DNA of 64,000 nt from Chrysomallon squamiferum (GCA_012295275.1 CM022672.1:1-64000), one strand, 5' to 3'; positions 1 to 14,939 are shown, counted from the first letter of the stretch. Made by a program: numbers and translations. The notes: generated by a model not told the origin, from the sequence alone.

Positions 1-77
1 GTAACAAATAAATTTTTGTTACAATTTTTGACTGGATCACAATTTCTTTGACATCTTATAATGAACAATGGACGTAC

Positions 78-128
78 CTCTTCTACCTCTCAAATAGAAA
101 TCAAAATATCCTTTTGTGCTGCTGAAAC
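78..128 (-). other. Putative exon (probably 5' UTR) of a minus-strand gene continuing left out of the window; paralog of the exon at 13685-13747
   Basis: Minus strand reads tttgatcaacag|GTTTCAGCAGCACAAAAGGATATTTTG...GAAGAG|gtacgt. Positions 1-200 align by eye with 13600-13835. Confidence 0.4.
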
Positions 129-608
129 CTGTTGATCAAAAAAATAATAAATGATAGAATATTTCTTATTTTTTATTATTATTACTTTTTTCAGTAAAAT
201 GATTATGACAGAGAAGACCTATACTGTAGTAGCAAACCTAGCATATTTTTTTTTAAATTGTCAAATTCTATACAGATTAATAAGAAAACAAATCCCAAAT
301 ACAAGAAGAAAAAACCGTTTAAAGATATCTACATACTTAACCAAAAAAGTAAAACAAGTTTTGGTAAATATCTGTTGCTTTCAAATATTTTAAAACAAAA
401 CAATAAAACTTGGTAATATTCAGTTGCACACGCCCTATCACTTTCAGTAAAGAAAAGAACACCATTTGTCATACTGCATGTTGCTATGTGTACTGCACAT
501 GCAAACACGGTGTGCTCATGCTATTGCAGAAGCTTGTAAAATACAGATGTACTGATGCACTGAACCAACTTTATCCAGAAACAAAAGTGATGAATTTATC
601 CTGCTATA

Positions 609-1530
609 ATGGGTCGCCATCCAGGCTTAATGGAAAATCAATGTCATGAAGCACTGAGACAGCTTTTTGCCGGCCAATACATACATGACACTGCACAGTA
701 CTTTTGTGTATCATGACTCCAACAGTGCTTACACCAAACTGGGCAAGTGTGAGATTGACCACATTCTGGTAGACCACGATTAACTACTCCAAGGGAAGAT
801 AGGTATTTAGTGACATCAGTTTCAAAATTTAGCCTGTACATTTAGCCTGTACTTTGAAGCAAACCAAAGGCACTAGAATTCATGTCTCTGAGCTGCTGGA
901 TTATAAGCACATCACCCCCATGTAGCTGTTCCCCTGACAGTACATCACATTCAGGAACAGCTGAGATGGGCCAAAATACATCAATACTGGCAACAGATAC
1001 AACAGTATCAGACATTATTCATTGATGAATCCAGGTTTTGTGTTCAGTTTTGGATGGTTTGCATCACGTATTGAGGTGATGGGGAGATATGATTCAGCAT
1101 GACCAATATGACAGTGTATGGTCTGGGCAGGTGTATGGTTTGGAGGTAAAACAGATCTCGTTTTCATTCATGGAAACATGACTGCTGAATGTTACTATTG
1201 GTCATTCCATTCCTGCAGCAGCATGATGGCTTTCTGTTTCAACATGACAACGCTAGACCACATACTGCTAGGCTAAACACTAATCTTCTTGAGCAGAACC
1301 ACATCCAAATGTTGAACTGGCCACCAAAGTCCCCAGTTGAGCATGCATAGAACCTACTTGGCTGTGGGGTACATGAAACCATCCTCATATCTTTGATGTC
1401 CATGATCTACAAATTGCTCTGAACCGGGAATGGAACACAGTTACTGTTCCTGAGATTAAATCTCATTAGAAGCATGAGACGATGATGTACTGCTGTCATC
1501 AATGCCACTGGTACATACACACATTATTGA
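609..1530 (+). mobile_element. Decayed Tc1-family (Tc1/mariner) transposase pseudogene
   Basis: Manual translation gives Tc1 motifs in order: SGRPRLTTPREDRYL, LFIDESRFC, TDLVFIHGNMTAECY, FQHDNARPHTAR, LNWPPKSP-VEH, and terminal NATGTYTHY*. Several stops and frameshifts. Possible right end at ...ttggcacagtata ~1730; left TIR not identified. Confidence 0.88.
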
Positions 1531-3303
1531 GCCTCTCACACCATTTTGGTGTGTGTACCATTCCATTTCATCAGTTGACATTAAAGTCACAACATTGACA
1601 CTGTGACAACTTGTTACTACCTCCTACATTCAGAAATGCTGCATCAATGAAATGTGTACAAATAAATTCAATCAAGTTATCTCTATTTCATATTTTGTAC
1701 GTAACTGCTGAACTTATTTGGCACAGTATATAACAGTGGAAAAGTTTACAAAAATGTAGTTGTTTCTTTTTTAAAATAGTTAACCTCAAGTCACCAAAAA
1801 CTTATTTCAAGCATTATCTTCATCAAATTTGCATCATCTATTCAATAAAGTGTTGTTTTTATGAATACCTTAATAGAGGTAGACCTGAGCTAAACATATT
1901 TTAGGCCTGTTTCAATTGACAGATGAACTTGAGATCATTCCTGAGAAAGAGCTGTGGTTTGCAAACATGTATTACGTAACTTTTTCTGTAAGATTTAGAC
2001 ATAATCTGTCCATGTATCTGATTACATATGGAGCTATGGTGCAAGTCAAATATGTAACTCAGTTTCAGTTTGGCTTTCATGTAAAGCACAATGTTTGTAT
2101 TGAAACAGGTCGAGGAAGGGAAGTAACTAGTTCTAGAACTCATAAAATAGGTACATTCTTAAAATTTCAAACTTTCACGTTTGGAACTGGATGTGGGTTA
2201 GTTACAACAAATAATGAATACTGAAGATAATGGTCTTTATATTATTACAGTATCTTATCTAGAACCAGAGTTACAGTAATTCATGTGCATTAAATATCGG
2301 TTCAGTGTTTCAGTACTTTTTTATTAATCAGTTTGGTCTAATGTGTAGGTTTTGGGCAACATTGTATCATAAAAACATTGATATTATTTTTTTTTATCAG
2401 AAACAATTAAAGTTTGACCCTTCAAGCTAATTTTTTTTCAGGGAATCCAATAAAGATGTCACTTTCCACCAATTACTAACTAAAGCAAAATTTTTTTAAA
2501 TGTGACAATGTCTTAAAGACGATATTTTGTCTGAAAATTGTTGAAATGAAAGTATTTTGGGCAAGACACATTTGGTTCAACCTGGTTGTTGATAATCAAA
2601 ACGATGCTACCCACGGTCGCAGTGTTACTGTATTTAGAAAGTACTTACTGATATAGTGTTAAATTATTTTGAAAGGAAGGCAGTGCTATGGTGTACTTTC
2701 ATCAAAAGTTTTGATGTTTTAACTGCATTTATTTGTTAACTCACTGGCATGGACAAATTGCAACCCAAGTGTATATATCTTCATATATGTAAGTATATTT
2801 CTTTATTTCTTCCAAATAGTTAAGTGCTGCGATATCGTGGTACCCCTTTATACTATAATCATAATATGTGACAAAAGTTTCAAAACAATATTTTCTTAAA
2901 ACATTATAATGATTATTCATCATTAGAAAGAGCAAAAAAGTGCATATTAAAATGAAGTGCATGATAAAATTAAGCTTTTTTTTTAGTTCTAAAACTGAAC
3001 TGTGTTTTTAAGTAAGTTGCTAATAGTAATACTCATGAATTCTAATTAATTAATGAATCGAACTAATTAGATGAAATTTACTGTGGCCATTATTTTCCTA
3101 CGACCGACGTCACACGCAAACCTGTGGTTCAAAGTAATTGAACATTTGTTTTAGCGAATATTTAGAAACATTATGTCAAAGTTTTCGGTTGGTTAAAGGA
3201 ACAAGTTATCATAGAAGATAACTCTATAAAGTATTTGCTATTGATTTTCCTTTTCAGTTGTAGCATTAATGTGTAATATATAACCAGTAGGTGTATCTAC
3301 TCC

Positions 3304-3345
<42 letters not shown>

Positions 3346-3479
3346 TTTTGCCAGTGCAATATCATTGATTTGTTTCTTTTTTCTGTCACATGCATTGTTA
3401 TGCAAAAAAATACTATAAAACTAAGGGGGTTCATTTGCTAAATATCATTTACTGTTGTCATTTCTATTTGCTTTACCGT

Positions 3480-3520
3480 AATTTTTATTTCTTTTGAAAT
3501 ATCCAAGATTATCATTTATT

Positions 3521-3578
<58 letters not shown>

Positions 3579-5030
3579 CATTTTTGTTAAATTTTATTTG
3601 AAAATTTATTACATTGATTTGAATAACTAGGACTAAATTTTTTTATGCATTTTTATTAATAAAGAAGTTAGATAATTAATTTTTGGTAGTTATTTTTTTA
3701 AACAATAAAACCTTCAAACTATTTTATTTTATTTTATTTTATTTTATTTTATTTTACTTTACTTTTTTATTTATTTTGGTGGATTTTTTTAAGAGAAAAA
3801 TGAAAGAAATCAGATTTTTGCACCTAGTACACATCCTAGAATATATATATATACATTTTCAAAGTGATCAAATCTATTTATTATTTATTTAATATTTAAA
3901 GATATAATTAGTTTACTTTTGGCACGATGAATCCTATTAAAGGCAACAAACAGCTGTCACACTCCACGATGAGAAGGAAATTATTTTAATGATTGAAACT
4001 GAACACTCAACAAATTAGAATTTGTATTATGTCACCAAACTGAAAAAAGCTTAATTGTAATCAAGTCCATCAAGGAAAATTCACAGGAAATGTTTACTTT
4101 ATTTCAGTTACCTGTATCTCAACAAAATACCCTTTCTAATGGTTTTCCATCAAATTTTTTTTTCTCTCTTACAGTATTTTCCTTAACTGAGAATAAATTA
4201 TCTCCCAAACATTTATTTTATTTAGTATAAGAAAACGGACTAGACAAAAATGAGTTACCTTTAATGTTGTATATCATCAATTTTTTCAGCTAGTGAACAC
4301 TATATCCGACGCGGAATAATATTGAACAAACACCATATTTCTTAAATAAATCGTATTATATATCTGAAGTTTATTTTTGCTATAGTTCTGAAACTCTATT
4401 TTATAATAAAAGTGAGTATGTTTTATATCTTAGAAGTTTAAACTGTTATTGAAACTGCGAACTATTTGTTTGAAAGAACTGACGTGCGATAAACTATTTG
4501 CTTGAATTATGTTTCCGGGCTGTCGTTACCTCAGTGTAAATACGTGCCTATAAGTTTGTCTTAATTATAATACTAAATATTCATGTTGATGTGATAGAAA
4601 CTTAAGTGCTAAAAGACCGTTAACAAAATTAAAGATAAAGTTGGACTGGTAAACTTTGAAGAGATGACAACAGTACAAAAGAAACTGATAAGATGAAAGA
4701 ATTACAGGTGTGAACATTTTGAAGTTTTTAATCATATGAAATTCGCTTATGAAGAAGGGAAGACAACAAAAGTAGAAAAAAGAAAAATATTACAGTTGCT
4801 ACTGCAGGAATGAGAGCTGGCCATGAGAAAAGTGTGACATTTAGCCATAGAAATCTGATCACTGAATGTATTGCCAGGGCTTTATTAATGAGGAAACTTG
4901 AACAAACTTTACAATTTTATTTCTTAAAAATTAAAACAGCTATATTAGAATGTACACTTTTACTGGTTCCTTTAAAACAAATGACATTTTCATGCAATAA
5001 AAAATTAAATAAGCAATGTGAATTCATAAT
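3480..5030. repeat. Internally deleted copy of the local duplicated block at ~14940-19055
   Basis: 3480-3990 resembles 14970-15440, 4170-4278 resembles 16445-16546, and 4305-5030 resembles 18205-19030 (long shared strings such as gttgctactgcaggaatgagagctggccat). Confidence 0.75.
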
Positions 5031-6767
5031 AAATAAATAAATCAATAAACAAGTAAATGAATGAATGAGTGAATAAAGAAAGCTAGAAAGAAACCCTTTT
5101 CAAGCTTTGCAGCAATTACTACTCAATAACAGACAACTGTGTATATGCGCCATTGATTATATATTTCCCAAAAATACTTTTAATAAACCATGTAGAATTG
5201 AATGCGTTATGAAGGAATACATATTTTTCTATTATTTTACTGTGTCAACAGGCCAAATACTCTGAACCAGAGAGAGAGAGAGAGTTGAGTCATATGACAC
5301 TGTATGACATCAAAATCGATCAGACCGCCTCGCCTGACCGGTGTTTACAAAAAAATGTTCGCTAACTAAGTCAATTAAATATTTAATTAAAATTTATGAG
5401 TATTAGCAACTTGCTTAAAAATACAGTACAAGTTTAGAACTCTTAAAAAGATTATTTTATATATATAATACATGTATAGTGCCTTAGTGGATTGAACTTT
5501 GAAGCTATACGATATATTTTATGCTCAAAATGACAGAAACGGATCACAATGTGAATGTCAGTAGTTTATGAAGAAAAAATACTCGCAAATTCTATTCCCA
5601 TAAAACTTCGTTACTTTGTTTCATATCTAATAATCTATGCTATCAAAGATTTTGGTGTCATTTTAATATGAATTTTTTTACTCTTTCTGATGATGTATAA
5701 TAATAATGTTTCAGGAAAATAATAATTTTGTCACATACCTAATACTAGTATTAGTAGTAACTATGGAATACTGAATTCTAGAATAGCCAAACATTTTTTT
5801 GCGAACAAATAACTGTTTGGTGTATTTCTTAGCAAAAAGCAAAACGACACTTTAACTTGAATCATAACAATATTGTATTCACATAATAATAAATGAAGAT
5901 GATGCAAGTGGATAAAATTAAATGCTGGCTGAAATCACTGGAAACAGCATAATTTCCCACAAATCCTAGATAAATTACATATTCTGTTCCTTTATCAATA
6001 AATTATACAGATAAAACTGATGCTAATAAGTAATATATACACTTATTAACAGATTTAGATTATGGACATCAGTACACTGCTAGTGCAGCCTACCTACTAT
6101 TAACACTAGTACTACCTACACCATTGCCGTATCGGGCTATCATTATATTATTTCTAATAATAATAATAATAATAATATACGTCTATACAATATGGCAGTT
6201 CAGAGTTCTCTTATCTATTTTGAAATTTTCACCTAAGCTTGAACAGTATTCTTTCGGGGAAATTTTCTCGCAGAAATAATTGATCCAAAAAACTTAATAC
6301 TAGGGAAGTCTAAAATCTGCTCAGACTCTAATTAAACTTTCATTTTTAAAATTTTGTGGCTTTTTTAAGTTTCAAAGTTTGTTACATAAAAATTAAACTT
6401 TAAAGTTACAATCATAACAATGTTAGGCAATATGGTCAAAACTTAACAGAATCGGAAAGCTAAAATTATCATATTAATAGAAAGATAAAAATAACACTGA
6501 CTTGTGTTATATATCCAATTTGCAAAATAAAAAAAACAATCTTCTTAAATGCTAAATTATTGAGTATTCAATGAAACAAATACGCCTTCTTCCATGTGGA
6601 CCTGCAATTCGACATTTCACGTGCTCTACGTCATCGATTTATGTAAACTCGTAGACTGGATATTCAAATGTTGTTACGATTGTCGTGAATTGAATGCGTC
6701 CAAGCATTTTGATAAAATTTTAAAGACAATAAGATAAAAAAAAAAACTAATTATAATGTCCACTTAC

Positions 6768-6870
6768 CTTTCGTTCGTGTAACGTAGCTGGTTTTAGTGA
6801 TTCAAGCGTGTTGAAAATTAGTAATTTTCTAAAAAGCAGCGTAGGCACAGCAAAACTCAACGGAATCAAA
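6768..6870 (-). other. Putative first non-coding exon of the left paralog
   Basis: Donor CGAACGAAAG|gtaagt at 6768 in a locally CpG-containing segment; homologous to 14141-14245. Confidence 0.3.
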
Positions 6871-6893
6871 ATATTCCAAACGAACGATAACTA

Positions 6894-7736
6894 CCGTATA
6901 TACTTGTGTATAAGTTGAATTTTTGGGAGACTACATTAAGGTAATATTTTGGGGGTCGACTTATACATAGGTAATGCTTTTGTAGCTGTTGCCGAAGAGT
7001 CGCCATTTTGACTATTTTTTGCTACGGAATGCATCTGAAATAATCGCGGTCTTTCAGCTTTTCAAAAATATAATTTTATCGTATAAAAAAATTCGAAAAA
7101 TTAAATAACAAAACTAAATATGTTGTAAAACATGATATTCTTCCGTTTAATGACATAAAAATACATTTTAAAGCGAGAAAACCGTCAGTACGGCGTTAGG
7201 CCTTACGACGTCTTGCAATGTTCTAGGAATGCACACTTCTCTGCCAAATTGCACTAAATATCGGTCCTAATTTCATAAACAAAACTCACTTGTGTAATTG
7301 TAAAGAATTTGGTGAAATAATATTGTTAGAATTTTCAGCAAATCTAATTATTGCAAGCTTAAATTGTGCAATATATTTATTTCGTTTGCCTGGCATCATA
7401 TACAATATTTTAGGGCTATGGCCATAAAATTTTGTAAATCATAGAACGGCTAAATATAACGGTAAGTTAGGTCTCCATGTTAGACCTATTACATTAAAGA
7501 GATACTATTTATGATACATTTAGGCTATAGCTCGTGTAATACATGCATTTACGTTATTATGGTATGTTCGTGCCAGTTATGTTACAGTAGGCGTACAATG
7601 TAGGCCTTCATGGCACTGTCACACTGGTCTAAAAATAGTGACGGTGCCTGGAATCTACAGTCGATTTATACACAAGTAATACCTAAAATGACGCAATTTT
7701 TGGTCTTAAAATCGCCTTGTACACAAGTATATACGG
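6894..7736. mobile_element. Non-autonomous Tc1/mariner-superfamily (Tc2/pogo-like) MITE with TA target-site duplication
   Basis: Left end CCGTATATACTTGTGTATAAG (6894-6914) matches the reverse complement of 7716-7736 at 20/21 bases. TA at 6892-6893 and 7737-7738. No transposase ORF inside. Confidence 0.85.
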
Positions 7737-7784
7737 TATATTCTTATTTCTTGAAGTTGGAACAGGAACAGGGAACAAGAATTG

Positions 7785-7870
7785 AAGAGATAACTATTTT
7801 ACTTTACATTAAAATGATTCATTTTTATTTCTTTACAATTATTCCTAGCTTATCATTTAAAATTACTATA

Positions 7871-7929
<59 letters not shown>

Positions 7930-9890
7930 CAGATTTGTCAAATTTTTATTTCAAAATTTATTACGTTCATTTGAATAAGTAGGACTGAACATTTTGTGGC
8001 ATTTTGTTAATAAAGAATTTAGATAATTAATTTTTGGTAATTATTTTTATAAACAATAAATTCTTCAAATGATTTTAATTTTTTTATAGTTTATTTTTTT
8101 AATGAGAGAAAAATGAAAGAATATGATTTTTATGTCTATTTTATGTCTATGAACTTAAACTTTTTTCTTATGTCCGTGTCAGTCTAAACATGTATACAAT
8201 GAGATGATAAGAATAAATGGATGGATGATAAAAGAATAAAATGAGACAAAAGAATAAAGACACACACACAAACACACATGTATAAATATATATATTTTGA
8301 GAATGAATTAGTAAAATGTGATGCTATATTGAAAAGAAGTATTTTCTTTTAAGTTACTAGAAACAGAATAGCTCTTTAACAATACTCCATGGTATTAGTG
8401 ACTCAATTCTGTTATTTGATAAAAATGTTTAATGTTATTTGAGCTTGCTGTAAACAATGGTTAGTATGAAATTTTATAACAGAAAAATTAAAACAGTGGT
8501 TAAATAAATTATCATTACAAGCATTAAATTGTTAATTAAAAAAAATAATAATAATAAAAAAATTCAGCAACTTAAACCTGTACTTATCATGAAGTGTAGA
8601 TGAATCGCAAGATAATCGCATATTTGTCTAATTGTATTTATTCTAAAAGAATTGACAGCAGAAATGTGTTAAACATTTACCTTTCAAATTATATGACTTA
8701 TAAATGTAATAAAGAGTTTGAAGTAGCTTTTTAACTTAATGTAATTATGTATGTGCGAGTGAGTGGGAAAAAGCATCAATACATCTTACTTCACTTTTTC
8801 CCCATAATGAGAAATTATTAGTATAATCATCAGAACATAGTGATTTATGTCACAGCATTTAGTTCTGCCTGTAAAAGGAAGGTCCATGTTGCCAATGACG
8901 ACTTACAGTAACACCTCCTCCCCTTAAACCGAAATTGAAAGAAGTAAAAATATCTGATTCTGTGGATGTAAATTTTTTTTAGAAATGCTGAATAATATTT
9001 CACAATACAATAAACAGATATTATAAATTTGATATTCCTTGAAATGCAGCTCAGTCTGATGCGGAATAATATTTAACAAACACCATATTTCTTAAATAAA
9101 TCGTATTATATATCTGAAGTTTATTTTTGCTAAAGTTCTGAAACACATATGCTTTATTTTATAATAAAAGTGAGTATGTTTTACAGATTAGAAGTTTAAA
9201 CTGTTATTGAAACTGCGAACTATTTGTTTGAAAGAACTGTTTGCTGGACTTATCGTTTGCAGATTCCACAAATCCTGGTAATGTTTGCTACCTTTTTCTT
9301 TTTTTTCAGTGTAAACACGAGCCTGTAAGTTTGTCTTAATTATAATACTGAATATTCATGTTGATGTGCTAAAAGATGGTGAAACCATTAACAAAATAAA
9401 AGATAAAGTTGGACTATTAAACTTTGAAGAGATGACAACAGTACAAAAGAAACTGATAGATGGAAAGATGAAAGAATTACGGTGATACACGTGAACATTT
9501 TGAAGTTTTTAATCAAATGAAGTTCGGTTATGAAGAAGGGAAAACAACAAAAGTAGAAAAAAGAAAAATATTACAGTTGCTACTGCAGGAATGAGAGCTG
9601 GCCATAAGAAAAGTGTGACATTTAGCCATAGAAATCTGATCACTGAATGTATTGCCAGGGCTTTATTAATGAGGAAACTTCAACAATATTTACAATTTTG
9701 TTTCTTTGCACAGATACTAATATTTCTTAAAAATTAAAACAACTATATTAGAATGTAAACATTTATTGGTTCCTTTAAAACAAATGACATTTTCATGCAA
9801 TAAACAAGTTTCTAAGCTCAAATAAAAAGCTAAATAAGCAACAAAACATTTCAGAATAATGTGAATTTATCACAGTTGATTATATTGTGA
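7785..9890. repeat. Second copy of the local duplicated block
   Basis: 7785-8140 resembles 14940-15330; 8182-9889 is near-collinear with 17329-19054 at high identity. Confidence 0.85.
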
Positions 9891-10468
9891 CCTATCACAC
9901 CTCAGCACTCTGTCTTTGTGAAAAACATTAAACTGAATACAATGGCTTTAAAATTAACTGTATACATTTCATTTTTCTTAGCTTATAGAGATCTAGACTG
10001 TGCAGTGTACATTCACATTTTATTACCACAAACTGTACACACAAAATATCACTGACCATTATTCACTACATGTACAGTGTCAGATGGGAATAACTTTTAC
10101 ACATAATTTATTTAATTCCTAACAAAGGCAAAGAAGCAAATGGTAAATTAGATACAAAACAGTCTGATGATTTTTAAACAGTATCTTAAGAAAATACAGT
10201 TTCAATAACTGTAATTGTAATAAACAAATCCATCAATACCTATTCTGATAGAACTTATTTTAAAAGATCAAAAAAGGTTATCAGACAATATCGAAAAAAA
10301 TACCAGTCTCACGAAATAAATGGGATAATGAACTTGTACTTCCAAAAACACTCAGGAAAAAGCTTATAGTCTGAATTATTAAGTAAATATGAAATTAAAG
10401 TTTTTCAAAACACACACTCTCAGTGTGTAACATTTTTCTGGGTAAGTCAATATAGGTGGTCACATCAT

Positions 10469-13400
10469 TCAAGTGTTGTCGTGTTCTTCATCCTCATCTT
10501 CGCGGTTGACAACTGTCTGATCTCCTGAAAACAACAAAAATAAACAATTGCAGTACAAGGGTATCTCACAAAGTAAGTGTTAAAACAGTGTTCTCAACAA
10601 ATAATAGAGAAGAGAAGACACACACACACACACACACACATAAAGCCGATTTACATTTAAACGAATAATTACCTGAAAAACCATCAGGAGATGGATCATC
10701 TATATCTCTTTGAATTCCAGAATCAGAAACCTAGAAAAAAAAAAAAAAACCCACTTGAAAAACAGATTATATATATAATTTGGAATTCATTTTCCACTTC
10801 GTATGATAAAATGTGTTTTCTGATTACTGAACTAAAATTATGTGCATTTAACAAAAAAAGTCCTTGATATAAATGAGCACACTAATATATTTATTTAATA
10901 CAAATGAACCAATGTAACATCCATTATAGTATAATGAGATGAGCTAAACTATGATCTGTTTATACACTTTAAACCATTGTTTTACTTTGTTTCAACAACC
11001 TAATATATCTAACTGGAATGACATTTTGTAAACAAATAAAAGATTTACGATTTCAGAAACCTGAGTCTTTTCTCAGTTCAGATGAAGTGCAGAAGTGTGA
11101 AGATGAATTTATATAAAGTGTTGAGTTATCAAATGTATCCTAGGAAAATTTAACTGACCCGACTCATGAAAAGAAAATGGCAGCCAAAAATGTTCAAAAA
11201 TGTCTGTTTACATTTTGTTGTTAATACACATCAGCTTTTGTACCTTAACAATTCAATTATCAATTAAGAAAAATCACAATTTAAGTATATTTATTTTAAA
11301 TAAATAAATAAATCTGTAATTTGACAAAAGAAACTAGCATTTTATTTGATAATTTTGAAAAATGCAAATTCTGTTTAAGATTTCCAGTAATTTTATGTAT
11401 TTTATAAATATATATGTCTGAAATTATTAGTTAACCTTTATTAAAACATGCAGATTGAGACTAAAATATAAGATAGAATCAAACACTACAAATATTGGAT
11501 TTTCTCCAGACAGTGAAGTGATGCTCATAGCTATTTTTTACTGGCTCTTGAGTTACATGATACAGCAACACTTCAAAAACCATAAGTGTAATCAAGTGTA
11601 AATAAATTTATTTTTATATTTTAATTATATATGTTTATCTGGTAGCTTGAACCAGGTTTTTATACAACCGTAAACTCTTTTTAAAAAGAAATATTATACA
11701 AATAATTGTAAAAAATAATAATGATAATAAACTGTACAAAGCAATGCTGTATACAAATATACCGTACTTAAAGTGTTCATTATTACCTGTTCTGTGGTGT
11801 TGGTGGACTGTACAGTCTCAACTTCCACTGATGTCTCTTTAGGTGTTGTTTGGTCTGGATTCGATACTGCACCCACTGCAGCCGAGTCAGATGCTCTCTC
11901 CCCTGGATACCGACGTGACTGTCGTACTTCATCTATATTCTGATAGCCAAACTGATGATGTAATGCCTGGATGTAACTTCTAGCAGGAGGTTCTACATAA
12001 AAAAAAATGACATTCAGTAGTACTTTATATTAAAAAATATATAAAAATAACTATTTATCTTTATTACAACTTGTGGAAATTGCAACACTCAGTTTATTGA
12101 AATACCATATGCAAGTATAACACACTTTTCAAATACAGACACACACACAGTGGCAAAATAGTTCAAAAGCGGGAAAAGGATTTATATTTTAATGATGGGC
12201 GAGTCAGTATCCTGTGTATTTTATTAATCTCTGGAAGAGCATGTAAACATTTCTCAAAAAGTTATCGTTTCCCAATTTTTTTCTTTCGTGCATCTTATTT
12301 TATTTTCCCATAAAGGATTGTTTCCTTTTATTATAACAGTTTCAAGTTCATAATACCATGTGTATGTTGTTACAAGATTTCTGCAGCAGACTGGTGCTGC
12401 ATGTCTGGCATCAAGAAAAATGACTGGGAAATATTTACTTCAAATCATGAAAGCATCTGCATGAAGAAACAAAAACATGTATGTGTACACAAATTCAGTT
12501 TTAAAATTTAATTTGCAAACCCTTCAGTAACACTCTGAGGTCACTGCATACATGAACACTGCATTACTCAAAGTTCCAAACCAGTGAGAATAATTACAAT
12601 AAATACTGGTATATTACCGTAACATTAAAGCATTTATTTATATATTTTCTAATTTAGTTGTAAACGCAATAGGAAAAAAGAAGTAAACAAAGTCACCAGG
12701 TTAATTTAGACTACACTTATTGCTGCTGACAGTGATTGGCTGATGATATCAGATCAAACTGCTATATGTAACTGTCATGAGAAAACAAATTTCACAGACA
12801 AGGAAGATGGTTTCAGCCCATTTTCCTGCTATGTTAATTTTCTGAATCACACTATTCTGTATTCAAATTTTACACCATAAATATGAAGTGATATTTTTGT
12901 TCAGTGATGGAAACTATACTAATCAAGGGATCATTATACAAATTCTTTGTGCTATTTTTAACAAAAATGTGACATCTATTAGTCTATAATATGTCAGAAC
13001 ATATTTGATGACAATGGAAATGTTTGCATATAATTCACTCACAAAAGTTAAAATTTACTGACTTTTTAAGTATTTCACATATGATCTTGTAGACACAATG
13101 AATGGTTTGATGATGCTGGCATAACACTCATTTTTAGTGTTAACAAACTGAACTAACAAAAGAAAATTCTGTGTGCAGTTTATTGTTACTTTGTTATTAA
13201 CAGAAGGCATTAAATAATTATTTTTGAAGTTTCCAGGGTCATTGCTTTTTGCTGTAACAATGTTTTATTTATGTGCATAGTCAAACAAGTGTTCAACCCT
13301 GTTGTTGTAAGTGATCATGGTCTGATATAAATCAACTGGAAAACTTTATAACTTGTTGCTGGGAGCAAGTACTGGCTTCCCTGCAGTGAACTCCAACTTC

Positions 13401-13706
13401 TGTTTGATTTTTTGTTATGTCTACTGGAATGTGTGGACACAAACTTTCAAAAGTAATATCTTGATAATACACACCTGTTTCCTGGCAATGCATCCAAGTC
13501 CATGCAGACAGAGATATTTCCATTTCTTCAGTAACCTACAAAACAGTAATCTATGTATAATGAAAAACAAATCTGGTATCTAAATCTGAACTTACTATAA
13601 GAAATACATTTTTGTTACAATTTTGACTCGATAACAAATTCTGTGATATCTCAAAAGTTGGAGTGTAATCAACGGTGGACATACCCGTTCCATCGGCAGT
13701 GTCCAT
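10469..13706 (-). CDS. Small spliced gene of unknown function, acidic and low-complexity (~113 aa if it starts at ATG 13706)
   Basis: Phase-compatible GT-AG exons 11992-11787 (EPPARSYIQALHHQFGYQNIDEVRQSRR...TNTTEQ), 10730-10673 (VSDSGIQRDIDDPSPDGFS) and 10524-10469 (GDQTVVNREDEDEEHDNT*). Candidate start exon 13747-13685 (MDTADGT, phase 1); 13534-13476 is an alternative phase-1 exon. The last three exons are well supported, the 5' end is uncertain. Confidence 0.55.
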
Positions 13707-13835
13707 TTCTCAACAGATTTCAAAATATCTTTTTCTGCTGCTGAAACCTGTTGATAAAAAAAAAATAATAATAATAATAAATGATAGAATATTTCAATAT
13801 ATTTTACTTTTAATTATTATTAATCTTTTTAGTAA

Positions 13836-14245
13836 ACCATATTTCACGAGGCGATCATAACAGTTGAATGCGTCCAAGCATTTTGATAAAATTTTAAAGA
13901 CAATAATATAAAAAAAACTAATTATTATGTCCAGCTACTTTTCATTCGTGTCACGTAACCGGTTTTAGTTATTGTAGCATGTTGAAAATTCTGTAAAAAT
14001 GTCACGATGGCGATCGAACACCGAAATGACCAAAATACCATATTTCACGAGGCAATCGTAACAATTGAATGCGACCATACATTTTAATAAAATTTTAAAG
14101 ACAATAAGATAAAAAAAAACTAAATTTAATGTCCAATTACCTTTCGTTCGTGTCACTTAGCTGGTTTTAGTGATTCAAGCATGTTGAAAATTCGTAATTT
14201 TTTAAAAAGCAGTTTAGGCACAGAAAAACTCAACGGTATCAAAAT
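13836..14245. repeat. ~200-bp tandem duplication containing the putative first-exon donor (14141) of the small gene
   Basis: accatatttcacgaggc...taaaattttaaagacaataa occurs at ~13836 and ~14036; a third homolog lies at 6690-6870. Confidence 0.7.
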
Positions 14246-14363
14246 CCCGTGTGACTTCCGCCAAACATTTCCGCTAACTAGGTCGATTAATTAATTAATT
14301 AAAATTCATGAGTATTAGCAACTTGCTTAAAAATACAGTACAAGTTTAGACCTCGTAAAAAGA

Positions 14364-14394
<31 letters not shown>

Positions 14395-14939
14395 TACATG
14401 TATAGTGCCTTAGTGGATTGAACTTTGAAGCTATACCATTTTTTCTTCATAATCTACCGACATTCACTGATTCAGTGATTCACATGTGACACTGTGATCC
14501 GATTTGAGCATAAAATCTCGTATACTATACGCCGTATACGGTATATACTAATATAGTATATATAAAAAGAGATTTTATTTTACAATGTCAGTAGATTATG
14601 AAGAAAAATATTTTTTGTTTGCAGGCACCATGCGAGAAAACTTACGGAGCACTAATCTGTGCAAAGATAATTAAGGAAAATCAATAAAAATAAGACTCAC
14701 CCTTTGATTGCTATATCATTTATATGTTACGACTGAAATAAATAGACTGAAATAATAGCGAACGATAACTCCAGTGAATAATTTATCAGACGTCAGTTCT
14801 TTCAAACAAATAGTTCGCAGTTTCAATAAAATTTTAAATTTCGAAGGCATGAAACATACCTTTATTATTAAAAAAAAGCTTCACTTTAGCTATGTTACGG
14901 AAAGTTTCGCTAAGCAGGAAGAGGACACAAGTTATAGAA

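Noticed and set aside
7610-7978. 122-aa ORF with poly-Tyr
   Set aside because: Spans the MITE end and a (TAT)n microsatellite.
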